Assembly (NCBI RefSeq): GCF_963921235.1
Contig: NC_086097.1
Coordinates: forward strand, 20,276,001-20,340,000
Direction of reading: 5' to 3'
Length of the DNA stretch: 64,000 bases
DNA from: Mobula hypostoma
Lineage: Eukaryota
The notes beneath the pieces are model-generated. The model had not been told where the DNA came from, searched no databases, and saw only the letters and a program-made list of their open reading frames with translations. Within the stretch, counting starts at the first letter, position 1. Each line of letters starts with the position of its first letter. This document shows, in pieces, positions 1 through 9,418 of the stretch. A program made the position numbers and the translations under genes.

Positions 1-2393
1 TCTGCCATAGAGTGGCGTAACCAGCAACATTCACTTGTATATTTTTTCCAGCAACTGTTTCGTATAGGTGTCTATAAAGTGACAATTTGTTTGCTACCTT
101 AAAGGGAGAACTGGAGGAAGGAACAGGAGTCACCAGATATGTTAGTACCATTATCAGCACCATCTCTCCCAAATACTGCTGCAGGATGTTTATAAACATG
201 AGATCTTGCAGCTACTGGAAATCAAGAGCAACACACACAAAATGCTAGAGGAACTCAGCACATCAGGTAGCAGAATCCAAATCAGGTTTATTATCACCGG
301 CATGTGACGTGAAATTTGTTAACTTAGCAGCAGCAGTTCAAGGCAATACATAATCTAGCAGAGAGAAAAATAATAATGAATGAAATAAAACATAATAAAC
401 AAACAAGTAAATCAATTATGGATATTGAATAGATTTTTTTAATGTGCAAAAGCAGAAATACTGTATATTTTTTTTAAAAAGTGAGGTGGGCCAGCAGTGG
501 TGGCCAAATCACTGAGCTGGAAGCCAGGAGCAGATGGGCAGTGATTTGGCCACCACTGCCAGCCCACCAACTGGAGAGTGTCGTGGTTAAGGGTTGAAAC
601 ACACTGTGAAGGTTGGGAACCACCTGATGACATCTGCTCCTGGCTGAAGGCTATGGTTACCTTATAAGGTAACTGGAGAATACACCCTAACAGGTGTATG
701 TAACAAGGTAGTGTCTAAAGCTTCAATGTCCATTTGGGAATCGGATGGCAGAGGGGAAGAAGCTGTTCCTGAAAATGCATCTATGAAAATGAATAAAAAG
801 TCAATGTTTTGGGCTGAGACCCTTCGTCGGGATTGGAAAGTAAGGGGGAAGGAAGCCCAAATAAGGTGGGGCAAAGGGAGGGAGTACAAGCTAGAAAGTG
901 ATAGATGAAACTAGGGTGTTTAGGTATTTTTGGGGGATTCCCTGAAAAATACTACTTTATAGGTGGAAATATGATCTGAGTAATTTGAATCAATATAATC
1001 TCAGCATAGTGATACTACCTTCCCACAAGGAAAATTGCCTCAGTTCCACCCTGATTATCAACTGAATACGTACTGTTTGTGGCCAAAGAGTAAGGCTGCA
1101 CAAGAGTATTGTGTACAGTTCTGGCCACTCTGTTACAGAATGGATGTGGAGGCTTTGAAAACAGTGTATAAAAGGTTTACCAGGCTGCTGTCTGGATAAC
1201 AGGGCACTGAGCCATAAGGGAATAGGACAAACTTGGGTTGCTTCTGGGGCATTAGCAGCTGAGGGGTGACCTGATATGAGAGGTGTAGTTAGGATAGTTA
1301 GTCAGAATCTTTTCCCAAGGGTAGAAATACTGAATATTAAAAGACATACCTTTAAGCTGAGGACAGAATTTAGGAGTAGGGATATTATGTTGGAGTAGGA
1401 ACATTTTGTTTGTTATATAATAGGTGAGACCACACTTGGAGTATTCTGTACAGTTTTGATTACTGTAGGAAGGACATCAAGCTGGAGAGAGTGCAGAAGA
1501 GATTTATAAGGGTGCTGGCTGGACTAGAGGGTCGATAATTGTAGGAAGAGGTTGACCATGCTGGATCTTTACTCCTTTGAGCACAGGAGAATGAGCAGTG
1601 ACCTCAAGGAACTTTTTAAAATCATGAGGGATATGGATAATGTGGATGGTTATAGTCTTTCTTCCAGGGTCTGAGGGTCTTAGAACAGATACAAGAGAAG
1701 AGGGGAGAGATTTACAATAGCTGGGAGTGACTTCTTTAAACAGAGTAGTACCTGGGCAATGAGCTGACAGAGGAAATGACTGAGGCAGGTATGATTGCAA
1801 CATTTAATAGGTACATGAAAAAGGGGGTCTTGGAAGGTTATGGGCTAAACATGGGCAAGTGAAACTACAAGGGAGGACAAATTGGGCCCAAGGGCCTGTA
1901 TCTATGCTGTATTCTGAGGTGAGTGGGGACCAGGTTTAAAGGAGATTTTTGTTACAGGGAGCAGTGGATGTCTAGCACATGTTGCCATGTAGTGGTGGAA
2001 GCAGAAATGATAAAGGCATTTAAGAGGCTTTTAGATAGGCACATAAATGCACAGGGAATGGAGGGATTTGGATCATGTGCCAGATAGAAGAGATTCAGCT
2101 TAATGTGGCATTGTATTCGATACAGATATGATAGGCTGAAAGGTCTGCTCTTGTTCAATGTCTGTGTCAGTAGTGATGGCTTCAAGTTGAGCAGCACAGG
2201 AACACATTATCAAAGGTTCATACTGGGGAGTCTTGTCTGAGATGACTTCCACCCATCACCAGAGGAAAAACATTGATCAACGAAAGAGGAAGAGAGATTG
2301 ATTAAGCAGAGGATAAAAAGATTAAATTCCTTTTCTGTATGTGAGTGTACAATTAACTTTTACTTCACACGAAACCATTCTCCTTTTTGCCAG

Positions 2394-2548
2394 AAAAATG
2401 CCACTTTTGAGGCCGAGAAACGATACCGTGAAGCACTACGGCAAGCTGGGGTGGATGAAGAATTTGTCTGGGACAAAGGAGGAAATGCAGAGGATATTCC
2501 ACTCTCAATACCGGATATTGAAGAGAGCAGTCATGACAGTGCAGACAG
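2394..2548 (+). CDS. FAM161B: FAM161-family (probably FAM161B) penultimate coding exon
   Basis: Acceptor ttctcctttttgccag, donor ACAG|gtagtc. Encodes KNATFEAEKRYREALRQAGVDEEFVWDKG, resembling the FAM161A/B C-terminal segment as I recall it. Convergent with ZNF410, the human FAM161B arrangement. 155 nt, phase 0 to 2. Confidence 0.8.
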
Positions 2549-2989
2549 GTAGTCCATTTGTGGCATCAAAAGGGGGCACTTGGGTCATTCCTGAGTAATG
2601 GAAGGGATTACTCAATTCAGTTACAATACAGTATACCCCTCAGGTTATGGAGGGTTTGCATTCCTATAAAAACAGCTGTCTGTAAGGAGTTTGTACCTTC
2701 CTCCTGTGACTGTACGTGTTTCCTCAGGGTGCTCCAGTTTCCGCCCACATTCCAAAGACATGGGGGTTAGCGGGATAATTGGTCAATTGGGTAATGTGGG
2801 CTTGTTATGCCAGAAAGGCTTGTTATCACGCTGTATCTCTAAAATGAAATATCTGCAATTTTCCAAAACATGAATCCTTGATAAATTTATTTCTTTTGCA
2901 TTTTGTGGCTATTTTTTTTCTCTTACACACTCCATAAGAGTGAATTTTTAATTTGGCAATGAGATGTGAATTCCATAATTTTCATTACC

Positions 2990-3600
2990 TGATTGGTTGG
3001 CATCCATCTGTCTCAAAGAACAATGGATGATAATCATCATCATCATCACGAGCCTGGGCAGAAGGTATGGAGATCCTGAGACGCCTAGTCGTCAAGATCT
3101 CCCTCTCGGCCTCACTAGTGTAGTCCAAAGGAAAGTTTATGAAGCAGTATGTTTGGCACCAGTTCGGCTGCAGGAGCTGCTGGGAGGATGTTCAATGATG
3201 TCCAACCGCCTTAGGGGCTCCACTCCGGATTTGTTGTCTGGATTTACTCTCATAGCCTTCGTCTCTCTCCAGGCTGCCCACAAGGCAGTGGAGCTATTTA
3301 CCCATAGCTGGGGATCTGGTTTACAAGCACCAGGCCGTATCCACACACTGGTGGGCCTGTGTGCTACATGTGCAGGGGCCAAACCTCCTCCTCTTCCTCT
3401 GTAGTTCAGCTTTCGTGTGTTGCCAGTGTGGAGGCACTACATGAGGCTTGCTGTTGGGGAGGCTATGTACTGGCAGGGAGAGATTTGCACATTCAGCTAT
3501 CCTTTTCACAAAACTGCTAGCCAGCAGTGGAAGTTGAAAGTGAGAGCGACAAGCACTACCCACTACACTACCACACTAGATGCATCACAACAACCATTTT
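2990..3600 (-). mobile_element. Non-autonomous retroposon (possibly RTE-dependent), copy 1
   Basis: Homologous over about 600 bp to 15546-16155 in the opposite orientation. (CAT)n tract; 3' part resembles the tail of the SINE at 58002. Confidence 0.65.
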
Positions 3601-3689
3601 ATCTCACTAAACCTTCAGCCATTAATTATGTGGAAATGGTGAATCATGAATGGGAATCTGCAGTCCAAGCAGGAATGCCAATTTTATGT

Positions 3690-4405
3690 CAGAATCAGGT
3701 TTTATTATCACCAGCATGTAATGTGGAATTTGGTAACTTAGCAGCAGCAGTTCAATGCAATACATAATCTAGCAGAGAAAAAACAAAATAATATAAAAAA
3801 ATAAAGTAAATCAATTACATACAGTATATTGAATAGATTTTTTAAAGTACAAAAACAGAAATACTGTATTTTTTTTTAAAGTGAGGTAGAGTCCAAAGGT
3901 TCAATGTCCATTTAGGAATCGGATGGCAGAGAGGAAGAAGCTATTCCTGAATCGCTGAGTGTGTGCCTTCAGGCTTCTGTACCTCCTACCTGATGGTAAC
4001 AGTGAGAAAAGGGCATGCCCTTGATGCTGGAGGATGCTGCCTTTCTGAGACACCACTCCCTGAAGATGGCCTGGGTACGTTGCAGGCTAGTAGCCAAGGT
4101 GGAGCTGACTAAATTTACAACCTTCTGCAGCTTCTTTCGGTCCTGTGCAGTCGCCCCTCCATACCAGACAGTGATACAGCCTGTCAGAATGTTCTCCACA
4201 ATACAACTATAGATGTTTTTGAGTCTATTTGTTGACATGTCAAATCTCTTCAAGCTCCTAATAAAGTATAGCCACTGTCTTGCTTTCTTCATAACTACGT
4301 CGATATGTTGGGACCAGGTTAGATCCTCAGAGATCTTGACGCTGCTCACTCTCTCCACTTCTGATCCCTCTGAGGATTGGCATGTGTTCCTTCATCTTAC
4401 CCTCC
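3690..4405 (-). mobile_element. Rex1/Babar-like LINE 3' fragment
   Basis: Encodes ISEDLTWSQHID...KKARQWLYFIRSLKRF...ILTGCITVWYG. Its 3' UTR is shared with a copy at about 272-775. Confidence 0.7.
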
Positions 4406-4684
4406 AGTTTTATTTAGGAAAATCTAATTATGTATGTCCTGAATTCCAAACTGTGAAAAAACATGAGGTGCTGCAGATGCTGGAAATTCACAGTAACACA
4501 CGCATAATGCTGGAGGAACTCAGCACGTTAGACAGCATCTACAGAGAGGAATAAGAAGTTATTGTTTCAAGTGAGACCCTTCATCACTCCTGCTCTGCTG
4601 AGTTCCTCCAGTATTTTGTGTATGCCAAACTGTGAAAAAACTTGGACTGATAGATTTTCCAAAACTCTGGGATCTCCATCTTAA

Positions 4685-5422
4685 GACAAGTTAGCATCGG
4701 GGCCACGGGAGGCAGACAAGTGGGTCACGGTTAGGAGGGGGAAGGGGAAAAGGAAGGTGATGGGGAGTACCCCGGCGGCTGTGCCCCTTAACAACAGGTA
4801 CTCCTGTTTGAGTACTGTTGGGGGGGACAGCTTACCCGGGGGAAGCGACAGTGGCCCTGCCTCCGGCACAGAGTCTGGCCCTGTAGCTCAGAAGGGTAGG
4901 GCAAGGAAGAGGAGGGCAGTTGTGATAGGGGACTCGATAGTAAGGGGGTCAGATAGGCGATTCTGTGGACGCAGTCCAGAGACTCGGATGGTAGTTTGCC
5001 TCCCTGGTGCCAGGGTCCGGGATATTTCTGATCGTGTCCAAGATATCCTGAAGTGGGAGGGTGAAGAGCCAGAGGTCCTGGTACATATAGGTACCAATGA
5101 CATAGGTAGGAAAAGGGATGAGGTCCTGAAAGAAGAATATAGGGAGCTAGGAAGGGAGTTGAGAAAAAGGACCGCAAAGGTAGTAATCTCGGGATTACTG
5201 CCTGTGCCACGCGACAGTGAGAGTAGGAATGCGATGAGGTGGAGGATAAATGCGTGGCTGAGGGATTGGAGCAGGGGGCAGGGATTCAAGTTTTTGGATC
5301 ATTGGGACCTCTTTTGGCGCAGGTGTGACCTGTACAAAAAGGACGGGTTACACTTAAATCCTCGGGGGACCAATATCCTGGCAGGGAGATTAGCGGGGGC
5401 TACTGAGGTGACTTTAAACTAG
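4685..5422 (+). CDS. CR1 ORF1 C-terminal part, SGNH/GDSL esterase-like domain
   Basis: Motifs VVIGDSIVRG, CLPGARV, VHIGTND and DGLHLN. Frame open from 4685 to TAG at 5420-5422. Confidence 0.88.
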   Translation, partial: DKLASGPREADKWVTVRRGKGKRKVMGSTPAAVPLNNRYSCLSTVGGDSLPGGSDSGPASGTESGPVAQKGRARKRRAVVIGDSIVRGSDRRFCGRSPETRMVVCLPGARVRDISDRVQDILKWEGEEPEVLVHIGTNDIGRKRDEVLKEEYRELGRELRKRTAKVVISGLLPVPRDSESRNAMRWRINAWLRDWSRGQGFKFLDHWDLFWRRCDLYKKDGLHLNPRGTNILAGRLAGATEVTLN

Positions 5423-8400
5423 AATGGTTGGGGGGTGGGAATCAAATTAAAGCGGCTAGGTGTGAGGAGGTTAGTTCACAACAGAGGGATGGGAACCAGT
5501 GCAGAGAGACAGAGGGGTGTAAAGTGAGCGTAGAAGCAAAAAGTACAAAGGGGAAAAGTAAAAGTGGCAGGCCGACAAATCCAGGGCAAGCATTAAAAAG
5601 GGCTAAGAGAGTTGTAAAAGAGTGCCTGAAGGCTTTATGTGTCAATGCAAGGAGCATTCGTAATAAGGTGGATGAATTGAAAGTGCAGATTGTTATTAAT
5701 GATTATGATATAGTTGGGATCACAGAGACATGGCTCCAGGGTGACCAGGGATGGGAGCTCAACGTTCAGGGATATTCAATATTCAGGAGGGATAGACACG
5801 AAGGAAGGGGAGGTGGGGTGGCGTTGCTGGTTAAAAAAGAGATTAACGCAATAGAAAGGAAGGACATAAGCCGGGAAGATGTGGAATCGATATGGGTAGA
5901 GCTGCGTAACACTAAGGGGCAGAAGACGCTGGTGGGAGTTGTGTACAGGCCACCTAACAGTAGTAGTGAGGTCGGAGATGGTATTAAACAGGAAATTAGA
6001 AATGTGTGCAATAAAGGAACAGCAGTTATAATGGGTGACTTCAATCTACATGTAGACTGGGTGAACCAAATTGGTAAAGGTGCTGAGGAAGAGGATTTCT
6101 TGGAATGTATGCGGGATGGTTTTTTGAACCAACATGTCGAGGAACCGACTAGAGAGCAGGCTATTCTGGACTGGGTTTTGAGCAATGAGGAAGGGTTAAT
6201 TAGCGATCTTGTCGTGAGAGGCCCCTTGGGTAAGAGTGACCATAATATGGTGGAATTCTTCATTAACATGGAGAGTGACGTAGTTAATTCAGAAACAAAG
6301 GTTCTGAACTTAAAGAGGGGTAACTTTGAAGGTATGAGACATGAATTAGCTAAGATAGACTGGCAAATGACACTTCAAGGATTGACGGTGGATATGCAAT
6401 GGCAGGCATTTAAAGGTTGCATGGATGAACTACAACAATTGTTCATCCCAGTTTGGCAAAAGAATAAATCAAGGAAGGTAGTGCACCCGTGGCTGACAAG
6501 AGAAATTAGGGATAGCATCAATTCCAAAGAAGTAGCATACAAATTAGCCAGAGAAAGTGGCTCACCTGAGGACTGGGAGAAATTCAGAGTTCAGCAGAGG
6601 AGGACAAAGGGCTTAATTAGGAAGGGGAAAAAAGATTATGAGAGAAAACTGGCAGAGAACATAAAAACGGACTGTAAAAGCTTTTATAGATATGTAAAAA
6701 GGAAAAGACTGATAAAGACAAATGTAGGTCCCCTGCAAACAGAAACAGGTGAATTGATTATGGGGAGCAAGGACATGGCAGACCAATTGAATAATTACTT
6801 TGGTTCTGTCTTCACTAAGGAGGACATAAATAATCTTCCAGAAATAGTAAGGGACAGAGGGTCCAGTGAGATGGAGGAACTGAGCGAAATACATGTTAGT
6901 AGGGAAGTGGTGTTAGGTAAATTGAAGGGATTGAAGGCAGATAAATCCCCAGGGCCAGATGGTCTGCATCCCAGAGTGCTTAAGGAAGTGGCCCAAGAAA
7001 TAGTGGATGCATTAGTGATAATTTTTCAAAACTCGTTAGATTCTGGACTAGTTCCTGAGGATTGGAGGGTGGCTAATGTAACCCCACTTTTTAAAAAAGG
7101 AGGGAGAGAGAAACCGGGGAATTATAGGCCGGTTAGCCTAACGTCGGTGGTGGGGAAACTGCTGGAGTCAGTTATCAAGGATGTGATAACAGCACATTTG
7201 GAAAGCGGTGAAATGATCGGACAAAGTCAGCATGGATTTGTGAAAGGAAAATCATGTCTGACGAATCTCATAGAATTTTTTGAGGATGTAACTAGTAGAG
7301 TGGATAGGGGAGAACCAGTGGATGTGGTATATTTGGATTTTCAAAAGGCTTTTGACAAGGTCCCACATAGGAGATTAGTGTGCAAACTTAAAGCACACGG
7401 TATTGGGGGTAAGGTATTGGTGTGGGTGGAGAATTGGTTAGCAGACAGGAAGCAAAGAGTGGGAATAAACGGGACCTTTTCAGAATGGCAGGCGGTGACT
7501 AGTGGGGTACCGCAAGGCTCAGTGCTGGGACCCCAGTTGTTTACAATATATATTAATGACTTGGATGAGGGAATTAAATGCAGCATCTCCAAGTTTGCGG
7601 ATGACACAAAGCTGGGTGGCAGTGTTAGCAGTGAGGAGGATGCTAAGAGGATGCAGGGTGACTTGGATAGGTTGGGTGAGTGGGCAAACTCATGGCAGAT
7701 GCAATTTAATGTGGATAAATGTGAAGTTATCCACTTTGGTGGCAAAAATAGGAAAACAGATTATTATCTGAATGGTGGCCGATTAGGAAAAGGGGAGGTG
7801 CAACGAGACCTGGGTGTCATTGTACACCAGTCATTGAAAGTGGGCATGCAGGTACAGCAGGCGGTGAAAAAGGCGAACGGTATGCTGGCATTTATAGCGA
7901 GAGGATTCGAGTACAGGAGCAGGGAGGTACTACTGCAGTTGTACAAGGCCTTGGTGAGACCACACCTGGAGTATTGTGTGCAGTTTTGGTCCCCTAATCT
8001 GAGGAAAGACATCTTTGCCATAGAGGGAGTACAAAGAAGGTTCACCAGATTGATTCCTGGGATGGCAGGTCTTTCATATGAAGAAAGACTGGATGAACTG
8101 GGCTTGTACTCGTTGGAATTTAGAAGATTGAGGGGGGATCTGATTGAAACGTATAAGATCCTAAAGGGATTGGACAGGCTAGATGCAGGAAGATTGTTCC
8201 CGATGTTGGGGAGGTCTAGAACGAGGGGTCACAGTTTGAGGATAGAGGGGAAGCCTTTTAGGACCGAGGTTAGGAAAAACTTCTTCACACAGAGAGTGGT
8301 GAATCTGTGGAATTCTCTGCCACAGCAAACTGTTGAGGCCAGTTCATTAGCTATGTTTAAAAGGAAGTTAGATATGGCCCTTGTGGCTACAGGGGTCAGG

Positions 8401-8427
8401 GGGTATGGAGGGAAGGCTGGGTTCTGA
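5407..8427 (+). CDS. CR1 ORF2, uninterrupted AP endonuclease plus reverse transcriptase
   Basis: APE motifs NARSI, ITETWL, GDFN and SDH; RT motifs YRPVSLTS, LDFQKAFD, GVPQGSVLGP and FADD. No internal stops. First in-frame ATG is only at 6031. Confidence 0.95.
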   Translation, partial: GDFKLEWLGGGNQIKAARCEEVSSQQRDGNQCRETEGCKVSVEAKSTKGKSKSGRPTNPGQALKRAKRVVKECLKALCVNARSIRNKVDELKVQIVINDYDIVGITETWLQGDQGWELNVQGYSIFRRDRHEGRGGGVALLVKKEINAIERKDISREDVESIWVELRNTKGQKTLVGVVYRPPNSSSEVGDGIKQEIRNVCNKGTAVIMGDFNLHVDWVNQIGKGAEEEDFLECMRDGFLNQHVEEPTREQAILDWVLSNEEGLISDLVVRGPLGKSDHNMVEFFINMESDVVNSETKVLNLKRGNFEGMRHELAKIDWQMTLQGLTVDMQWQAFKGCMDELQQLFIPVWQKNKSRKVVHPWLTREIRDSINSKEVAYKLARESGSPEDWEKFRVQQRRTKGLIRKGKKDYERKLAENIKTDCKSFYRYVKRKRLIKTNVGPLQTETGELIMGSKDMADQLNNYFGSVFTKEDINNLPEIVRDRGSSEMEELSEIHVSREVVLGKLKGLKADKSPGPDGLHPRVLKEVAQEIVDALVIIFQNSLDSGLVPEDWRVANVTPLFKKGGREKPGNYRPVSLTSVVGKLLESVIKDVITAHLESGEMIGQSQHGFVKGKSCLTNLIEFFEDVTSRVDRGEPVDVVYLDFQKAFDKVPHRRLVCKLKAHGIGGKVLVWVENWLADRKQRVGINGTFSEWQAVTSGVPQGSVLGPQLFTIYINDLDEGIKCSISKFADDTKLGGSVSSEEDAKRMQGDLDRLGEWANSWQMQFNVDKCEVIHFGGKNRKTDYYLNGGRLGKGEVQRDLGVIVHQSLKVGMQVQQAVKKANGMLAFIARGFEYRSREVLLQLYKALVRPHLEYCVQFWSPNLRKDIFAIEGVQRRFTRLIPGMAGLSYEERLDELGLYSLEFRRLRGDLIETYKILKGLDRLDAGRLFPMLGRSRTRGHSLRIEGKPFRTEVRKNFFTQRVVNLWNSLPQQTVEASSLAMFKRKLDMALVATGVRGYGGKAGF

Positions 8428-8632
8428 GTTGGATGATCAGCCATGATCATAATAAATGGCGGTGCAGGCTCGAAGGGCCGAATGGCCTACTCCTGCACCT
8501 ATTTTCTATGTTTCTATGTTTCTATGAATACAATTAGTCTAACACTGAAATACTTCTGGCAAGGATCTCTTAATTATTATGAAGGTCCAATCAAGAACCA
8601 AGGCAACCAATTTCTGTTTTGTTCTACTGCAG

Positions 8633-8843
8633 AGAAAAGAACAACTGTTACAGGTCAAGTGAATCTTTGGAAAATTTTAAATCCTTGGATGAAGAAAAGA
8701 ACTTTAAGATCAGGGATGAGGATGAAGATGAGAATGAAGAGCAGGATGAAGATGGTGAGCAAGAGACTAGTTCTAATACTGATCAGGAGAATGATCTTGA
8801 TTCTCATGTAAAGGAGAATTCAGCCAGCGAACAGGACGAGTAA
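8633..8843 (+). CDS. FAM161B: Probable terminal coding exon of the FAM161 gene (acidic tail)
   Basis: Acceptor tttctgttttgttctactgcag is phase-compatible with exon 2394-2548 (AG+A = Arg). Reads EKNNCYRSSESLENFKSLDEEKNFKIRDEDEDENEEQDEDGEQ...SEQDE with TAA at 8841-8843. A second in-phase AG lies at 8652-8653. Confidence 0.6.
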
Positions 8844-8900
8844 TTCTGTCCCTCAAATAGTGGTGTCCCGGCACTGTTAAGGAAATATTTTTATCCATGT

Positions 8901-9418
8901 TGTAAGGGAGTATTCTGGAATTGGGTGAATATAGCAGATATTAATTTAAGCAAGAATCAGTCTTCAGTTCTTATTATACATTGCAAGCAATAAATTGGTG
9001 AAAATAACAGACTCTTCCACAAACTAAGATTGTGTATGCATCAACTGAACATTAAGACAATGGGGTTGTGCTAACTGCCCTGCATCAACTATGGGGTTAA
9101 GGCATTTACGCCATTATAAATATAAATAAGTTCAGGAACCTTGCAATAAGTTTGTCCCAGCAAAGTTATTTCAACATTCAAAAGTGTCTCCCATCGTAGA
9201 TATATCATTCAAAGGAAGCATTATCAATCCAAAATATTGAAGTAAACATCTTTGTAAGTATTGAAACTGAAATGAATCATCTATTGATCTTAAGGGTATA
9301 AAAATGTGATATACTTTGAATTTGTGGGACTCTACCATGACTGTCTTCCTGCTTGTTGTGATGAATAAAGATCACCAGCTTCAGTGTCTCTCCAGTGACT
9401 GTGATCACATTCACAACA
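8901..9418 (+). mobile_element. Solo LTR (518 bp)
   Basis: TG...CA termini (TGTAAGGG...CACAACA), 5-bp TSD CATGT at 8896-8900 and 9419-9423, TATAAAA at 9297 and AATAAA at 9364. Confidence 0.75.

Larger units (their letters stand above)
4685..8526 (+). mobile_element. Young CR1-clade LINE, 5'-truncated within ORF1
   Basis: Esterase ORF1, APE+RT ORF2, CR1-type 3' UTR and a (TTTCTATG)3 tail at 8503-8526. No clear TSD. Confidence 0.95.

Noticed and set aside
105..150. Possible upstream FAM161 exon (GELEEG...)
   Set aside because: No sustained similarity to FAM161 and no phase-0 donor that fits the exon at 2394.
4683..8540. aagacaagttag / aatacaattag as the CR1 TSD
   Set aside because: Too mismatched for so young an element, and the left copy lies in the open ORF1 frame.
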